Assembly (NCBI GenBank): GCA_010093705.1 | Contig: MU006093.1 | Coordinates: 1,323,301 to 1,387,300, forward strand | Direction of reading: 5' to 3' | DNA length: 64,000 nucleotides | Source: Patellaria atrata CBS 101060 | Lineage: Eukaryota | Shown here: positions 60,462 to 64,000 of the stretch, one piece after another | How the letters are laid out: each line of letters opens with the position of its first letter | Numbering within the stretch: the first letter of the stretch is position 1 | Made by a program: the position numbers and the translations under genes | The notes under the pieces: model-generated | The model's database searches: none | The model's input: the letters and a program-made list of their open reading frames with translations, nothing else | Told to the model about the DNA's origin: nothing

Positions 60462-63418
60462 TTACACTATACTTGCACCACTATCCAGATTGAACGCTGC
60501 AGAGGAGGGGTATACTTGAGTTAATGCACTGAATTAAGAAAATTGCTCACTATCAAGACCCATGATCTCCCAAATGCTCTTTGGTTCGACCACATGTTTC
60601 ACGTACTTCGGCTCGCCAATTTCAACTCTATAGTACTTTTCATAATCGATCGGATCCTCTCCTTGATCTGCGCATTCCTCGAGATAAGGCTTATAATCAG
60701 TTTTGTGTCGAATGATGAAATCGTCCCAGTGCGATATCTGCTGCACGGTTCCTGCTTGCTCAAGCAGCGCAATCTTTCGGCAAAGTCCCAGAAAGTGGTT
60801 TAGGTTTCCTCCGTATTCTGGATATGTATGCAAGAATCTTTCGAATAGAATTTGGGCTTTCTGCAGTAGGGAAGTTGACATAGAGTTTATGGATGGTGGA
60901 ATACGTGGTAAAGGCATTATTGACATAGGAACTTGGCGAGCGACTTCTGCACCTTCTTTGGGCTTCATAATGACTTCGGGTGGAGAAGTATTTCGGTCCA
61001 ATTCTGCTAGCTTGTTCATGTATTCTGTACGATGATGCTCGACATATACAGAGGGATCCTGAGAAACTGGGACGTCCTGGCTGAAACCATACTTTGCTGC
61101 ATGCTTTTTCAACCTTTTGAGGTCTCTAGTAGGTGTTAGAGGTTTCATTGCTTCCCTCTTGTTCCGATTTGAGAACGCCGCGTGCGACCCGGAATTATTC
61201 TCGTGCGTCGAGGGAGATTTCTGCGTATCTCTGATCATTACCGTTGTGCTTTGCTGATTGTGGCCTGGTTGTGATGGGGCATCCATTAATGGTATTTGAT
61301 CAATGCTCCTTTGTGAGGCTTCAATCATCTCACCTTCGATTTGTTGTTGTACTGGATCGACGTCCATAATCGATGGAAGATCATCGTTTTCAGCAGCTAC
61401 GGAAGTACTGGGAAGAATTTGATTTGATGCTGAAATGTTCGCCGAAGAGAATTCCAGAACAACTTCAGTGTCAGAAGCAATTTTACTTTGTTCTTTAGCC
61501 CCCGAATTGAGAAGATTTGTTTTGTGTTTTGAACTTGGAGTCGCTTTAACTTCTAGTTTAGACGCCGGTTTTACCTTGGTAACTAAAGATGGGACAGGTG
61601 TGGTACCAAGTCGAGAGCTAGGAGAATTACGTAGAGCGTGAGGCACTGATATTTCCAGCTCGGAATCAGAATCGTTCAACGCTTGTGAACTGAAATTCTG
61701 TGAAAAGCGGTTGCGGTTTCGCTTATCTATCGAAGAGGAACCGAAGTTCTTGACCATATCACAAACCTCATCTTCGCTATCAGGTGGCAGTACCTCTCTC
61801 CGGTTAGTTACGCGGGGTGGTGATGGGCTCCAAGAAAGGCGCTGTGACGAAGGAAGCTCTTCTAATGATGATTCAATAGCTCTTACTTCAGACTGATCTA
61901 AATCATCGGTATCACTGGTTGACACCGATACGGAGGAATGATTTGTTGCTCTGTTCTTTCTTCTCTCCCAAATTTTGACAAACTTCCGCAGTTCATCCAG
62001 TACTTTTACTGGTATATGAGGTCCGTAAGGACGTACACCTGGTTCCGGGGGTACCCAAGACTCTGGCCTGTCAAGGAGTGATTTTTGATCTTTAGGTATA
62101 ATGGTGATTGAGCGAGTTATCAAAGGGGGCCATTTATCTTGAAGATCTTCTGTTGGGACATTAGGGCTACTCCCTGTACCTTCGCCGGTCTGTTCGAATT
62201 CTGGTTCTGCGCCACTCTGACCCTGAACTAGAGGCTCTGCAACAGCGACGTCCATGCCCATTTGGGTATCTTCGTTATAGCGCTCCATGGGTTTGATGCT
62301 CTCAGAGTCATTGGCGGGAGACTTTGGCTCTTCTGGCTCCTTACTAAGAACATCAGTCATTTGCAAGTCGTTTGACAATTGTGGTTCTTTCTCTGAATCC
62401 TGTTTATCTTTGGCGCGTAGAATATCCAAAAGAGCTTCATGCCTCGTTCTGTCTGAAGGTCTGGCGGCATCTCCAAACCCAGACACGGAGTCGCGAGAGC
62501 GACTGGCTCGTACTGGTGCAGCAACGTTGATCCCTTGGATTAACTCGACTCGTGAAGCGATAACTCCCCGCTTCGGACGTGGGAATTGAGTCGAAAATGA
62601 TATTTGACTTTCTACCAGATTCTCATCGATGCTTTGCTCCGGAGAGAACGAGGTTGGTCGCGGGGGGATGGAGGATACCGCACGTGATGAATGCCGGTTC
62701 CTGAAATCGTTTATGAACTCGGCCTCCTCTTGGATTTCTAACGGTACTGGGCGAGATGACTCCATCTGTTGGAACTCCTCAATCAACTGTGATGCGCGTT
62801 CTCGCTCCAAAATGTGACATGGTGTCTCCTCTGGACCTGAACTGAGCACACCTTGCCATTGGAACCTAGTTATAAGAAGAGACAGATGTGGTGGCCCGAG
62901 TGGTGTAACCACAATATCGAACGTTTCCAGATCCAATAGACCTCCTTTACCCTCCGTCAACCGTTTCCCTTTCTCAGATTCATATTTTTGAACAGCGGAA
63001 GAAGAAATTGTCGCTTGAACGGTTGTAAATCCATCGGATATCTCGGCTTTGATTGGATTTCTGAAGGTTAAAAACTTTGTTGAGGTGGTTAGCACCGGTT
63101 CCCGGTCAGGTTCACAGATAGAAGTGCAAATCATCTGGGACATACCTTCTGGACACGTACGATCCGCATCTCACCGACATGATATTTGATCTTAATGCGA
63201 AGATTACTCCCATCTTCTTCAAATAGACCGCTCAGTTTCGCAACAGAGAACTTTTTGCGCGCCGGTGTAGGAACAGCAGTGCTGAACGCTTCGTCGTCCG
63301 AATGCGGCTCGGTTTTGATGATAGTCTCTTCCTTAGCTTTGAACTTTTTCCATCCTAAAGCTAGCTTGACTTCTTCTTCTACGAAGTTCCCAAGCCAATC
63401 CTTCATAAGTGCGGCCAT
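60462..63418 (-). CDS. TPP1/Est3 (Tpz1-like) OB-fold telomere protein; 3' end uncertain
   Basis: N-terminal MKDWL...EEDGSNL...VQK|FLTF...AEISDGFTTVQATISSSAVQKYE...LTEGKGGLLDLETFDIV...LSLLITRFQW resembles the TPP1/Est3 OB fold. A long disordered linker precedes the helical block FERFLHTYPEYGGNLNHFLGLC...WDDFIIRH. Confidence 0.72.
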
Positions 63419-63597
63419 TTCAGCGGGTTAGGTGTGTCTCGCGGGGCGAGTTGTAGGTGTTGACATGACTTGGGTTTCTGACTGTTCATTCGGGAGTAAG
63501 GTAGTGCCAAAGTTTAAAGTTCGCAAATTTGAAAAAAAAAAAAAGAGGTCCCGATGTGTGAAAGTAGTTGTAAACTATCTTAGAACTATATCAGTAC

Positions 63598-63608
63598 ACG
63601 CGACGCGT
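63598..63608. promoter_or_regulatory. Tandem MCB (MluI cell-cycle box)-like sites ACGCG-ACGCGT
   Basis: ACGCGACGCGT about 185 bp upstream of the TPP1-like ATG, next to an A13 tract (63532-63544). Confidence 0.5.
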
Positions 63609-64000
63609 CGTTTGACTGCGGGACAGCGGGAGGAAGTGGAGAGGGGAAGCCGCGGAGGAGAACGACAGAAGCAAATAGAGCAAACAAAATCGTCATCCCG
63701 AGACATCACCTTCACGAGACATGTGCAGACACCACACCGCCCCTAAAGCAATGGCGAATGATTTTCCTGAGTGACTATATCTCTAACTACTAACAGCGGA
63801 GAAGTCTATTTATCCTTCCATGCCTTCTACTACAAATTTAGGGCTCCACAGCCTAGTATCCTGCGCATACGGCGCATTTCTTGCTCGTCGCCTTTGATAT
63901 CTACACCTCACTCACTAGTCATTCCCTCCCCTTCCCTCAATCCACGAAATAAACTGTTTCTACACCAGTAGTATTCTCTACCTCAGTTCGCAGCTGTCAG

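Noticed and set aside
47228..63418. Telomere gene cluster (RTC5, RTC6, TPP1/Est3)
   Set aside because: The RTC names come from a yeast genetic screen. Rtc5 is a TLDc protein and Rtc6 a mitoribosomal protein, so the adjacency is probably coincidental.
1..64000. CRISPR arrays, tRNA, 5S/rRNA, spliceosomal snRNAs, TPP riboswitch, TGA-CTA readthrough motifs
   Set aside because: No diagnostic sequences were found by eye; a tRNAscan/Infernal run is needed to exclude them formally.

Overview
Gene-dense eukaryotic DNA from a filamentous ascomycete (Pezizomycotina, inferred from the protein families and short GT-AG introns with CTAAC/CTGAC branch points). About 25 protein-coding genes are supported, mostly housekeeping: an F-box protein, MIC60, SAC1, a Rab5-family GTPase, RCF1, NOP7, an ER-retained (KDEL) unknown protein broken by a 100-N assembly gap, class II DAHP synthase, a HYPK-like protein, a SAP+BRCT protein, a STE6-like pheromone ABC exporter, a PBDC1/YPL225W-like protein, PIG-S, a patatin TAG lipase, a Ral2/Mds3-like kelch protein, 1-Cys peroxiredoxin, an ABHD12-like hydrolase, SWC3, RTC5, mitochondrial bL36 and a TPP1/Est3-like protein. 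A looser stretch at about 50.4-59.4 kb holds three secreted proteins (tyrosinase, YcaC-like hydrolase, small Cys-rich protein), and another small Cys-rich secreted protein lies at 34.7-35.4 kb. No tRNA, rRNA, CRISPR array or transposon was recognised. The most interesting unexplained signals are (i) about ten C-rich-to-G-rich strand-skew switch islands that ignore gene orientation, (ii) a tyrosinase with a Kex2-separable Tyr/Pro/acidic tail, (iii) a long hairpin in the last MIC60 intron that buries an alternative 3' splice site, and (iv) an apparently split C-terminus of the TPP1/Est3-like gene. All family assignments are by eye from motifs; no database searches or folding programs were run.
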